Origin: Nitrospirales bacterium
Lineage (GTDB): Bacteria > Nitrospirota > Nitrospiria > Nitrospirales > UBA8639
Direction: 5' to 3'
NCBI GenBank assembly: GCA_965203295.1
Contig: CBDBCZ010000019.1
Span: 1,152,001-1,216,000, forward strand
DNA: 64,000 nt
The notes under the pieces are model-generated. The model saw nothing but the letters and a program-made list of their open reading frames with translations. It had not been told where the DNA came from and did no database searches. Below are positions 9,834 through 19,070 of this stretch, one piece after another. The position numbers and the translations under genes were made by a program. Each line of letters begins with the position of its first letter. Position 1 is the first letter of the stretch.

Positions 9834-11270
9834 ATGAGTACTCAGGAAGTTGGTTTAGCCCAGTTTGAGCTTAAGCAGCAAGAAGTCCAGATTGCTTTGG
9901 GTCGGGTGAAAGTCCGTGACGTCGACTATGCGGACATTTACTTTGAGTCACGGACTTCAGAGTCGGTCTCGATGGAAGAAGGGATCGTGAAGCGGGCGGT
10001 AAAAAGTGTGTCCCGTGGAGCTGGCGTTCGTGCAAATTCAGGAGAGAAAACAGGATTTGCGTATTCCGACGAACTTACACAAAAAGATCTGGAGATTGCG
10101 GCTGATACGGCACGATATATTGCTAACTCACCGAAAGGGGATAATCCTATTTCGGTGACCCATAGACCCCAACCCCACAATAATTTGTATCCCTTAGAAA
10201 GTCCACTAACAGATGTGCTCATCAACGAACGCGTTGATCTCCTCAATCTGATTGATGCAGAAGCGCGTCGTTTTGATTCGCGTATTACTAAAGTGATGGC
10301 TTCCTTCAATACCGAACACAAAGTCATGCTGGTGGCGACTTCTGAGGGCCTGCTCACGGGTGATGTTCAACCGCTCTCCCGTCTGCAGGTTACCTGCATT
10401 GCTGAGGAGGGAAATAATCGGCAATCAGGGACGTTTGGGGGAGGTGGCCGAATAGGCCTTGAATTCTATTACGAAGGCGATCGAGCAAAACTTTATGCGC
10501 GTGAAGCGGTCAGACAGGCCATTCTCAACCTTGAGGCGGTCGATGCTCCGGCTGGAATCATGCCGGTTGTGCTCGCTGGCGGTTGGCCTGGGATCCTTCT
10601 CCATGAAGCGATAGGCCATGGCCTAGAGGCTGACTTTAATCGTCGGAAAACTTCAGCATTTAGCAATTTGGTCGGGGAACAGGTGGCTTCGGAAGTTTGT
10701 ACGATCGTGGATGACGGCACACTTCCTTCTCGTCGCGGTTCTCTCAATATCGATGATGAAGGGACTCCTACGAGTCGCACTGTCCTGATTGAAAAGGGAA
10801 TGCTCCGCGGATACATCACGGATCGTCTCAATGCACGTCTTATGGGGATCCCTCTGACCGGAAACGGAAGACGGGAAGATTTTCGTAGCCTCACTCTGCC
10901 CCGAATGACGAACACGTTTATGTTAGCTGGAACGTCTGAACCTGAAGAGATTATTCGGTCTGTGAAACATGGTTTGTATGCGGTGTCATTTGGCGGAGGC
11001 CAAGTTGACATTACGAATGGTAAGTTCGTGTTTTCAGCGAATGAAGCGTATGTAATCGAAAATGGACAGATCACGACGCCCGTCAAGGGGGCAACCCTTA
11101 TTGGAAATGGGCCAGATATTCTAAAAAAAGTGTCCATGGTAGGTTACGATCTCAAGCTCGACGAGGGGATTGGAACCTGTGGGAAGGAAGGCCAGTCTGT
11201 TCCTGTCGGAGTTGGATTGCCCACCATTCGTATCGACGAAATTACCGTGGGAGGGACTTCTGCGGCGTAA
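9834..11270 (+). CDS. tldD: Metalloprotease TldD
   Basis: LLHEAIGHGLEADFNR (HExxxH), PRMTNT, GTCGKEGQSVPVG. Confidence 0.96.
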   Translation: MSTQEVGLAQFELKQQEVQIALGRVKVRDVDYADIYFESRTSESVSMEEGIVKRAVKSVSRGAGVRANSGEKTGFAYSDELTQKDLEIAADTARYIANSPKGDNPISVTHRPQPHNNLYPLESPLTDVLINERVDLLNLIDAEARRFDSRITKVMASFNTEHKVMLVATSEGLLTGDVQPLSRLQVTCIAEEGNNRQSGTFGGGGRIGLEFYYEGDRAKLYAREAVRQAILNLEAVDAPAGIMPVVLAGGWPGILLHEAIGHGLEADFNRRKTSAFSNLVGEQVASEVCTIVDDGTLPSRRGSLNIDDEGTPTSRTVLIEKGMLRGYITDRLNARLMGIPLTGNGRREDFRSLTLPRMTNTFMLAGTSEPEEIIRSVKHGLYAVSFGGGQVDITNGKFVFSANEAYVIENGQITTPVKGATLIGNGPDILKKVSMVGYDLKLDEGIGTCGKEGQSVPVGVGLPTIRIDEITVGGTSAA

Positions 11271-11345
11271 TTTCTCGAAGCTCGATGATTCTGTTCGTTG
11301 TCGATCTTCCAGCCCTTTAACCTGTTACCAACCCCTGCCTAGGAA

Positions 11346-12707
11346 GTGATGCTCCCGACTGAAAACGAACTGCCTCTCCTGGCCTCAAGGCTTCTTGAAC
11401 GGGCGAAAACCCAAGGGGCTACCGAAGCAGACGTCCTCGTTGCCGAAGGGGATTCTGTTTCTGTTCAAGTTCGTCTAGGGGATGTTGAACGCTTATCCAA
11501 AGCACGCGAGAAAGGTTTGGGCCTTCGAGTGTTCTTTGGGAAACGCTCCGCGAGTGCCTCGACTTCTGACTTTTCTGAGGAATCTTTGAGTCGGCTCGTC
11601 GCGGATACCTGCGCATTGGCTCGAGCTGTTGCTGAAGATGAAACATCCGGGTTACCCGAGGAGCACAGTTTCGCCCAGGATTTTCCTGACCTGGACACAT
11701 TTGATTCCACTTCTCTGACAGTGGAGGAAGAGATCGCTCTTGCCCGCCGAGGTGAAGAGGCGGCGATGGCAGTAGACACTCGAGTGACCAATTCGGAAGG
11801 TGCTGATTGTAGCGTCGCCCATGGCAGTGTTGTGTTGGCGAATAGTCACGGGTTTATGGGGATGCATCGCAGTTCGAGCTTTTCGTTGTCGGTTTCCCCA
11901 GTCGTGGTTGATCCATCGATGGGTTCTATGCAACAGGATTCCTGGTATAGCGTGAAAAGAAAATTCAAACTTCTCGAAAGTCCAGAGTCGATTGGACAAA
12001 CGGCTGCCAAGCGGGCAGTCCGTCGGCTGGGGGCCAAAAAAGTGGGTACCCAACGCGTTCCAGTCGTTTTTGACCAGGAAATGGCGGGGAGTTTATTAAG
12101 CCATGTGGCGAGTGCGGTTTCAGGGTATGCCCTGTATAAAGGAGCATCTTTTCTCCTTGGGCAATTAGGCAAACAGCTGGCTCCAGAATTCGTGAGCATT
12201 GAAGATCATGGCCGTCTCCCGGTCGGGTTAGGTTCTCGACCGTTTGATGGTGAAGGAGTCCCGACTCGCAAGACCATTGTGATGGAGGCGGGAACCTTAA
12301 CCAGTTATCTCTTGGACACGTATTCCGGACGCAAACTGGGAATGGCTTCGACAGGAAATGCTTCGAGAGGCGTGGGAGACAATCCTTCAGTAGGCCCCAC
12401 GAATTTGTATTTTCGTCCGGGGACATCATTGCCTGAAGATATTATTGGATCAGTTCAACAAGGCTTGTATGTGACAGAATTGATTGGCTTTGGAGTGAAT
12501 ATGGTCACCGGCGATTATTCTCGTGGGGCTGCAGGATTTTGGATTGAAAATGGAAAATTGGTCTATCCGGTGGAAGAAATCACCATTGCCGGAAACCTCA
12601 AGAACATGTTGGCTGATATTGAGGTGCTAGGGAACGATTTAGAATTTCGTGGCCGAATCGCGAGCCCCACCCTAAAGATTCGAGAGATTATGGTTTCAGG
12701 ACATTGA
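11346..12707 (+). CDS. pmbA: PmbA/TldE, non-catalytic partner of TldD
   Basis: FDGEG, GVNMVTGDYSRGA, EEITIAGN; lacks HExxxH; adjacent to tldD. Confidence 0.93.
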   Translation: MMLPTENELPLLASRLLERAKTQGATEADVLVAEGDSVSVQVRLGDVERLSKAREKGLGLRVFFGKRSASASTSDFSEESLSRLVADTCALARAVAEDETSGLPEEHSFAQDFPDLDTFDSTSLTVEEEIALARRGEEAAMAVDTRVTNSEGADCSVAHGSVVLANSHGFMGMHRSSSFSLSVSPVVVDPSMGSMQQDSWYSVKRKFKLLESPESIGQTAAKRAVRRLGAKKVGTQRVPVVFDQEMAGSLLSHVASAVSGYALYKGASFLLGQLGKQLAPEFVSIEDHGRLPVGLGSRPFDGEGVPTRKTIVMEAGTLTSYLLDTYSGRKLGMASTGNASRGVGDNPSVGPTNLYFRPGTSLPEDIIGSVQQGLYVTELIGFGVNMVTGDYSRGAAGFWIENGKLVYPVEEITIAGNLKNMLADIEVLGNDLEFRGRIASPTLKIREIMVSGH

Positions 12708-12740
12708 GAGCTCTAACCGATGTGAGAGTAGAGATAGCAA

Positions 12741-13028
12741 ATGATAGCTCATATGCCACGGTGCCAATTAGAAGACCTTTCCAAGAGAAAACCCACATTG
12801 GTATATATTGCTGGAAATGTCGCTGAAGCTGAAAAGGCCGAACGAGTCCTGGGAGACCAAGGGATTGACTACGCTCTAACGCTTGATTCTTTTGTCACCA
12901 CCTCGTTATTGGGTGGACAATATACTGGGCTTTTTGTGTACGTTCCTTATGCCGATTACTAAATGTCTCGAGTTCATTTGGAAGCTCAAGGTCTCAAAGA
13001 TACGGTAGAGTTAGAAGTTGAAGAATAA
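12741..13028 (+). pseudogene. Small hypothetical gene apparently interrupted by an in-frame TAA
   Basis: The ORF stops at TAA 12960-12962, but the same frame continues as MSRVHLEAQGLKDTVELEVEE to TAA 13026-13028, just before the next gene's RBS. Confidence 0.5.
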
Positions 13029-13045
13029 GTGAGGAGTAATGTTCC

Positions 13046-13525
13046 ATGCCATTAGATTCTATTGATGGAGAAAAAACCCTTCAATTAATTACCTCTCGGT
13101 TTGATCAACGGGAGTGGAGGAAGAAAATCGAAAAATTGCTGGGCCTCCCTCCAAGTGGGTTGACAGAAGAAGATCAGCGAAAGATTTTCCTTTACTTAAA
13201 AAATGAACTGCAGGCCTATAAATCCCGTCGGGCTGACCCTCCTTCGTGGATTGTCGGGGGATACGCGACTCGAGAGGTTGTTGATCGGGCCCGATACAAT
13301 CCAACGGAGATTGATCCATCATTTACTAAGAACGAAGTAGCCTTTTTAGGAGAGGATCCCGGTTCCGAAGTTGATCAACCTTGGTTTGATGATATTTTGA
13401 TAAAATGGTTTTTGGAGCCTGGAGAGGACGAAATTATAGAGGAGTCGGAGCCCGAAATGGAGAATGAGGAAGGTGGGGACGCAGAGACGGTGGAAGACTC
13501 TCCAGGGTCATCCCCAGGAAACTGA
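13046..13525 (+). CDS. Hypothetical protein with acidic low-complexity C-terminus
   Basis: 159-aa ORF with a GAGGAG RBS; co-oriented with tldD-pmbA. Confidence 0.75.
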   Translation: MPLDSIDGEKTLQLITSRFDQREWRKKIEKLLGLPPSGLTEEDQRKIFLYLKNELQAYKSRRADPPSWIVGGYATREVVDRARYNPTEIDPSFTKNEVAFLGEDPGSEVDQPWFDDILIKWFLEPGEDEIIEESEPEMENEEGGDAETVEDSPGSSPGN

Positions 13526-13779
13526 GTTGGAGAATGTTCATCACAAACTCATAAGCGAGCCCAGCAAGAAGTATGAACGAGACTGGCTTTGGGCCAATTC
13601 CACATAATAAAAAATCTACAAACAATACTGCGCCAGCTAATCGTGTATTTTGATTGATTCTAGCCTATCCAGTTTGCCTGCCTAGATCGTAATCTCTAAA
13701 TTGTAAAAACCTGAATGTCAGTTGACAGACACGGTCAAAATGAGGTGGGAATTCCGGCAACACGCAGGCGAAGTGGGTT

Positions 13780-13856
13780 GTCATGCCCGCAGTTGTCGGC
13801 GGGCATCCAGGATGATAAAGAAAGGTGGATCCCCGCTAAAGAACTGCGGGGATGAC
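13780..13856. repeat. REP-like inverted doublet of palindromic units
   Basis: GTCATGCCCGCAGTTGTCGGCGGGCATCCA (13780-13809) and TGGATCCCCGCTAAAGAACTGCGGGGATGAC (13826-13856). Each is a hairpin, and the two are inverted copies of each other. Confidence 0.8.
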
Positions 13857-14040
13857 GGCGAAGGATCCACGAGCCGAACCCTTTCTAGCTTTTGGAATTT
13901 CACCAGACACTGTCTGAAAGATCAAATCCAAGGCTTTACATCTTAAATTGAGTCAAGAGGTTCCGTCATGCCTCTGATCGACCAAACAGGTTCAGCAAGC
14001 TGGTATTTTGTCAAGCGAGAGTCGGCGAGTCATTCAGGCT

Positions 14041-14679
14041 TTAGCCGAACAACTCCATCTGGATCGGCGATGAAGGCTTTGAGGGGGAAGAGGAAGACTC
14101 AGGAGAAGTGGAAGGATTCTGTTCAATTGGATTCATCTGGTCCAATACGGCTTTGAGTTTTTTGAAGTCGTCTCGGAGTGGGATTTGAAGATTATTCTGG
14201 TGAAGCGCTGCGGCTGGGTGCAACAACGGGAACAAGACAAACTCGGGCAACCGAAAGACCTGCCCTCGCACTTTGGTGATGCCGACCTTCCGACCTAGTA
14301 AGGTTTGGGTTGCAAAATTGCCTAGAGAACAAACCAACTTCGGCTTGATCAATTCAACTTGTTGGAGGAGAAAGGGCTTGCAAGTCTCGACTTCATCCGG
14401 CAAGGGATCACGATTATTAGGGGGACGGCACTTAATGACATTGGCAATATAGATGTCTGATCGTGAAAGGCCGACTGATTCGAGCAGTTGTGTCAGGAGT
14501 TTTCCTGCGGCCCCTACGAAGGGAATCCCTTGTTGGTCTTCGTAAAAACCAGGCGCTTCTCCCACAAACATGATCGTTGCCTGGGAGTTGCCAGTTTCAA
14601 ACACAACCTGTGTTCGGCCTGATGCGAGCTGACATCGTTGGCAATTTTTCAAGGAAGTGGCTAGTTTCGCCAAGGTCAT
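14041..14679 (-). CDS. udg: Uracil-DNA glycosylase, family 4 (4Fe-4S)
   Basis: CQRC, GEAPG, KCRPP and HPAA motifs; S/P-rich tail ending QMELFG. Confidence 0.93.
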   Translation of the reverse strand: MTLAKLATSLKNCQRCQLASGRTQVVFETGNSQATIMFVGEAPGFYEDQQGIPFVGAAGKLLTQLLESVGLSRSDIYIANVIKCRPPNNRDPLPDEVETCKPFLLQQVELIKPKLVCSLGNFATQTLLGRKVGITKVRGQVFRLPEFVLFPLLHPAAALHQNNLQIPLRDDFKKLKAVLDQMNPIEQNPSTSPESSSSPSKPSSPIQMELFG

Positions 14680-14712
14680 TGAGCGGCATCATAGGGACGA
14701 GTTAGCGGTCTG

Positions 14713-16062
14713 TCAATGCGAAAGGGCGGTTGATGAAATGCGTTCCTCGATCAACGAAGCGCAGCGATGCCCGCTGATCAACGCACTTTCAATGCCCGTG
14801 GGAAGGCCCGTATCAGTCCAGTCACCCGCAAGAACAAGATTGGAGAATGGACTTTGTGTCGGAGGGCGATATTTTGAAATGCCAGGCGTAAGGGGGAGGA
14901 AGCTAAAAGCCATTCGGGAGGCGGAAAGTCTGATTGGTTGCGAGTCTGAAGAAAATATATGGCGAGGGAAAATGTCTTGCAGCTCTTGCTGTGCAACATC
15001 AAAGAGATCTTTATCCTCGTAATGAAGGAGGTCTGCATTTCCTGCTGATAGGCAGGTCACATGAGTTACGGGAGAAGAATGGTTGGAAGAATCGTTCGTG
15101 AGTGTTACACAATGAAAATGCCCACTCTTGAGGATAAGGCGGGGTTGGTGAGTGCAAAGATTGGTCCGAAACTGAACGGTGAGAATCGGAGCTTCATCTA
15201 ATTCTTGGAGATAATGGAAATAGGAATACTTCGCCAACAAGCGATCCGATAAAAGAGACGTCAGTTGGCGGGGACTTCCAGCTGCGATATACCAGTCAGC
15301 TGTTAACACACCTCCTTCCTGAATGGAAATTCCCGTAATCACAGAACCATCAGACTGAAAAGAATAGGCGCTGTCATGGTCTGTCACTGTCACACCGATT
15401 CGAGGTAGTTGATGCCAGAGAGAGGTGAACAGTCTCTCACGCAAACCAGGAGATAAACAGAACAAGCCGGAACTTCTGCTTGATAACAAGAAACAGCGGT
15501 GAAGAGTTTTCGCAAAGACGCCAGCGGAGGTGTGGACCAGGTCAGTGCCTAAAAGAAAGCGGCAAAGAGGGTTCCAGATAGATGAGATCGCCTGAGGTGG
15601 TTGGTTCAGTGAAATGAGCCAGTCAGAAGCCCGATGGGTATCAAGATCTAAAGGAAAGCGGTTTTCGCCTTCCCAAAGTTTTTCTAAATAATTGATGAGC
15701 GTAAACCGGGTTTTGAATGAAAGTCCTTTGAAAAATACCAAAGCGAGAACAGTACAAAAAGAAGACGAAATGGGAAACCGAAAAAATTTTGCAGAATGGT
15801 TTTGGGATGTCAAAAACTCGAGTGCGGGGAATTTAAGGATGTTTCTTGTCTGACCTAACTCCTCAAGGATCGACAGGGTTTGATGCTCAAAGCCTCGCAC
15901 AAAGAGTGGAAGGTCAGCAGAGGTCACAGGGGAGAGATGATCGAGACTATTGGGCCCCGATGGGCCTGAGAGAACGGTGACCTGACAGCCCTGGGTGGCC
16001 AGGCGAGTTGCGGCGATTAATCCCGCTACACTTTTTCCGATAATCAGGACTTTTGGTTTCAT
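14713..16062 (-). CDS. hpnE: HpnE-like flavin-dependent oxidoreductase (hydroxysqualene dehydroxylase family), divergent
   Basis: C-terminal LAGDWTDTGLPTGIESALISG; ATGA overlap with the hpnD stop; the N-terminal FAD motif is degenerate (GKSVAG). Confidence 0.72.
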   Translation of the reverse strand: MKPKVLIIGKSVAGLIAATRLATQGCQVTVLSGPSGPNSLDHLSPVTSADLPLFVRGFEHQTLSILEELGQTRNILKFPALEFLTSQNHSAKFFRFPISSSFCTVLALVFFKGLSFKTRFTLINYLEKLWEGENRFPLDLDTHRASDWLISLNQPPQAISSIWNPLCRFLLGTDLVHTSAGVFAKTLHRCFLLSSRSSGLFCLSPGLRERLFTSLWHQLPRIGVTVTDHDSAYSFQSDGSVITGISIQEGGVLTADWYIAAGSPRQLTSLLSDRLLAKYSYFHYLQELDEAPILTVQFRTNLCTHQPRLILKSGHFHCVTLTNDSSNHSSPVTHVTCLSAGNADLLHYEDKDLFDVAQQELQDIFPRHIFSSDSQPIRLSASRMAFSFLPLTPGISKYRPPTQSPFSNLVLAGDWTDTGLPTGIESALISGHRCASLIEERISSTALSH

Positions 16063-16940
16063 TCTGCCATGATGAAGGTGGTTTCGAAGAAAGATCGTAG
16101 CCATTTCATGATCGCGATGGATAATCGGTGGGATGGCGAAAGCGTGATCCTGTGCCCAAAAACCTGATACTTTTGGCTTTTAATTTGGAGGAGAATGCGA
16201 AAGTAGACAGCTTGCATGATCTCCGCAGGGATCAAGGACTTACGGTCGCGTTTGGGAAGCGATTCATAGATCTGCTTGGCTTTTTGGTAAAAATCACAGG
16301 CCCTCGCATATTCGAATTCCATCATTTCAATAAATTGGAGAGAATAGGTTCTGGCGAGAAGGGCTTCTTCTGAATAACCGAACCGTGCCATATCCTCTTG
16401 GGGAAGATAGATGCGATTTCGTTCGGCATCTGCTCCGATATCTCGGAGAATATTCGTCAGTTGGAAAGCGACCCCGAGATTAATGGCATACTCGTTTGCG
16501 CGAGAATACTGGGTTCCGAACACCTTTAAGCAGATCAACCCGACGATAGAAGCGACTCTATAACAATAAGGATAAAGGGCTTCGAAATTCTGATATCTTG
16601 TCGTGGCAAGATCCATCTCCATGCCATTGAGCAGTTCTTGAAAATATTCTTCTGGAATACCCAGACGTTGCGCATGTTCGGCCAAACTAATGGTGACAGG
16701 AAAACTTGGATGTCCTTTGTACATGGCCCTAACCTCATGGCGCCATAACGAAAGCTGTTCTTGTGGATTGGCGCCTGTGGGCGGGTGATCGATGGCATCA
16801 TCAACTTCGTGACAAAACGTGTACACGGCATACATGGCTTCACGACGCGGTCGTGGAAGGAAAAGGAAGGAATAATAAAAATTACTTCCACTGTTTTTTG
16901 TTTTCTCTGTACAATAGGCGTGCGCGCTACTTGGAGTCAT
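16059..16940 (-). CDS. hpnD: Presqualene diphosphate synthase (squalene/phytoene synthase family)
   Basis: SGSNFYYSF, EVDDAID, YCYRVASIVG, QLTNILRD, RIYLPQED. Confidence 0.88.
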   Translation of the reverse strand: MTPSSAHAYCTEKTKNSGSNFYYSFLFLPRPRREAMYAVYTFCHEVDDAIDHPPTGANPQEQLSLWRHEVRAMYKGHPSFPVTISLAEHAQRLGIPEEYFQELLNGMEMDLATTRYQNFEALYPYCYRVASIVGLICLKVFGTQYSRANEYAINLGVAFQLTNILRDIGADAERNRIYLPQEDMARFGYSEEALLARTYSLQFIEMMEFEYARACDFYQKAKQIYESLPKRDRKSLIPAEIMQAVYFRILLQIKSQKYQVFGHRITLSPSHRLSIAIMKWLRSFFETTFIMAE

Positions 16941-17028
16941 ATCAAAGAGGTCTGTACAGTCTGTGGGGCTGCGGTCTGAGGTGAGGAATGATAAGGGAAA
17001 CAGCTATCAATTCCCCTGAGTGAGTCGG

Positions 17029-17571
17029 TTAGGATGCTGTTTGAAGTTTACGACTGGGGATCCAACCAGAGCTTCCTGATGTTGTATGGACCTGGTAGAC
17101 CCACTTTCCGTCCACCCATTCCCCATCTACAATCTTTAATAGCTCTCCAATGTGTATGGAAGGACCGGGCAGAATCCCTAACGCGTCACGACTCAATGTT
17201 GCAGTCTCACCGGGTTGATCGAGTGAGGGAAGAAGGGAAACGTGCTGACCTTCAGAGAAACGAGGAGTGGGAGGTGTCAGGGAACGATTGAATACACCCG
17301 TGGGGCTGTCGAGTTTCGTCTCTGCGGGGGCATTCACGGTATCTGTCGTAGATGAAAAAAACTGAGGGCTGAGGGTGTAGATGCCGATAATAATCAGGGC
17401 AAGGATAAGAAGAATGATTAGTAGGCGTCGGTAAGGTGGTTTCTGGTCCGATCCCATCCCATCATCGTCATCAAAGCTATCCTCGAATTCCAGATCGAGA
17501 TGGTTTTCCTTGGCAAAGGCGAATGACCATGGAATAGGCTTTGAAATGGAGTCAAATGTGTCGTCTAGCAC
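17029..17571 (-). CDS. Single-pass membrane protein with SH3b-like C-terminal domain
   Basis: Acidic N-terminus, one TM helix (RRLLIILLILALIIIGIY), C-terminal WVYQV...SGWIP. The start is uncertain. Confidence 0.65.
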   Translation of the reverse strand: MLDDTFDSISKPIPWSFAFAKENHLDLEFEDSFDDDDGMGSDQKPPYRRLLIILLILALIIIGIYTLSPQFFSSTTDTVNAPAETKLDSPTGVFNRSLTPPTPRFSEGQHVSLLPSLDQPGETATLSRDALGILPGPSIHIGELLKIVDGEWVDGKWVYQVHTTSGSSGWIPSRKLQTAS

Positions 17572-17991
17572 AATTTTTTGCGTCCTCCTTCTAGACCTGA
17601 ACCTCCAAAGCCATTCCAGAGGAAGAAATAGGGTAGGGAGACAATCACACTATGATCTTATGAATAGCACTCCTGAAGAGCGATGTCAAACAAGGAGTTC
17701 AATGCCATGCTTAAAAGAGCCTGATGACCGAAAGATGAGGAAACCCCGTCTGAAGTCAGGGTTACTGTAAAAAGGGTCATATGTCAAGGTGCAGCAGAAA
17801 CGATGACCAGAAATTGCGGAGTCGCTCACGAAATAAATTTCTTAGTTAAGGTGGGAAGACCTTTATGAATTAGCTTGCAACTTCATGTGCCCTGATGCAG
17901 AATGCCAGTACAAAAAAGAATAAAATGTGCTCCATATGATTGCGAGTGTCTAGGGTGCCGATGATGAACCACAAACTGTGGAGTGTAAGAC

Positions 17992-19005
17992 ATGTCTAGT
18001 TGGTATCGCCCCGATCCCCTCACACGAGATCTCATCCACTTGATCAATGCGCGTCGTCATGACCATGGTGATGCCGAATTGGCTATTGATGTCTTACAAG
18101 CCATGCTGGAACAAGATCGAGAATTTGACATTCTCACCGTGTTAGCGGCTTTGGATGAGGAGATGGCAGAGTGGTTGTTTGATCTTTTGGCCGAAGCGTC
18201 CTGTTCAGTGATCATGGATGGCGACCCTGAAGATAAATCTGCTTATGCAGTGTTAGGGGCTCTGGAGCTACCGCTTCAGGCTAACCTCAAAACCCCGCTT
18301 CAATTGAAACTCAATGTGCTAGAAACAGCGGAGCTTCTTCGAAAACACCTGAAGGTTCCTGCAGGCACAGTGGTGATGGTGGAACCTCGTCTTCTTACGG
18401 ATACCACCTTTGATTTTCTGACCCTCCAGAAACTCCATGACCACTTATCCAGTATGGCGAACTCCCAGCGTCGGCAACCGATTGTTGCACGATTGCACCC
18501 GCCGGTCGAATCGACTGCCTATTTATTATTTGAACTGATTGGAGCAGGAGATTCTTCTTTGCCTGAGACGCTGGATGAATCAGATCGAGAATCCCTGCTC
18601 AAAGGGTTATTTGATCAATGTCCCGATATCGCCCTTGCCCCTCATATGTTGGAGGCCCCAGTGCATGCCGCCTATGCGATGTTTGATGCTCAAAACGCTG
18701 TCCGTCTTCATCGTCTTGCAGACGAGACGGTTGCTGTGTGGCATGACCTCGAAGCCTCTGTACGAGGAAGAACGATTGTGCATTTGCACACCCAATGTGG
18801 CAATGGGGTGTACATGCCGATATGGACGGATTTATTCGATCCTGACCTTCCTGAAGACCATGGCCCTATTTGGACCTCTCCTGATGTGTGGGTCTTTACC
18901 GCCGATTTGCCCATTGAGTGGCCAGGAGAAATGCTCACCAATCGCTTACTTGCCGAAGGTTGCACACGTTTCGAAAACCACATCGTTGAAGCCCCGGATA
19001 GTTAA
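17992..19005 (+). CDS. Hypothetical protein
   Basis: 337-aa ATG ORF with a GGAG RBS; no family recognised. Confidence 0.75.
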   Translation: MSSWYRPDPLTRDLIHLINARRHDHGDAELAIDVLQAMLEQDREFDILTVLAALDEEMAEWLFDLLAEASCSVIMDGDPEDKSAYAVLGALELPLQANLKTPLQLKLNVLETAELLRKHLKVPAGTVVMVEPRLLTDTTFDFLTLQKLHDHLSSMANSQRRQPIVARLHPPVESTAYLLFELIGAGDSSLPETLDESDRESLLKGLFDQCPDIALAPHMLEAPVHAAYAMFDAQNAVRLHRLADETVAVWHDLEASVRGRTIVHLHTQCGNGVYMPIWTDLFDPDLPEDHGPIWTSPDVWVFTADLPIEWPGEMLTNRLLAEGCTRFENHIVEAPDS

Positions 19006-19070
19006 TCCCGTCCCAAAAACAAAAAAGCCCCTCGTTGATCACCATGCTGGAACATGTGGAGAGTTCCAAT

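Noticed and set aside
10493..11137. 214-aa antisense ORF in tldD (and similar ones at 39469-40008, 56752-57477, 59351-59992)
   Set aside because: These are shadow ORFs opposite well-supported genes and have no recognisable motifs.
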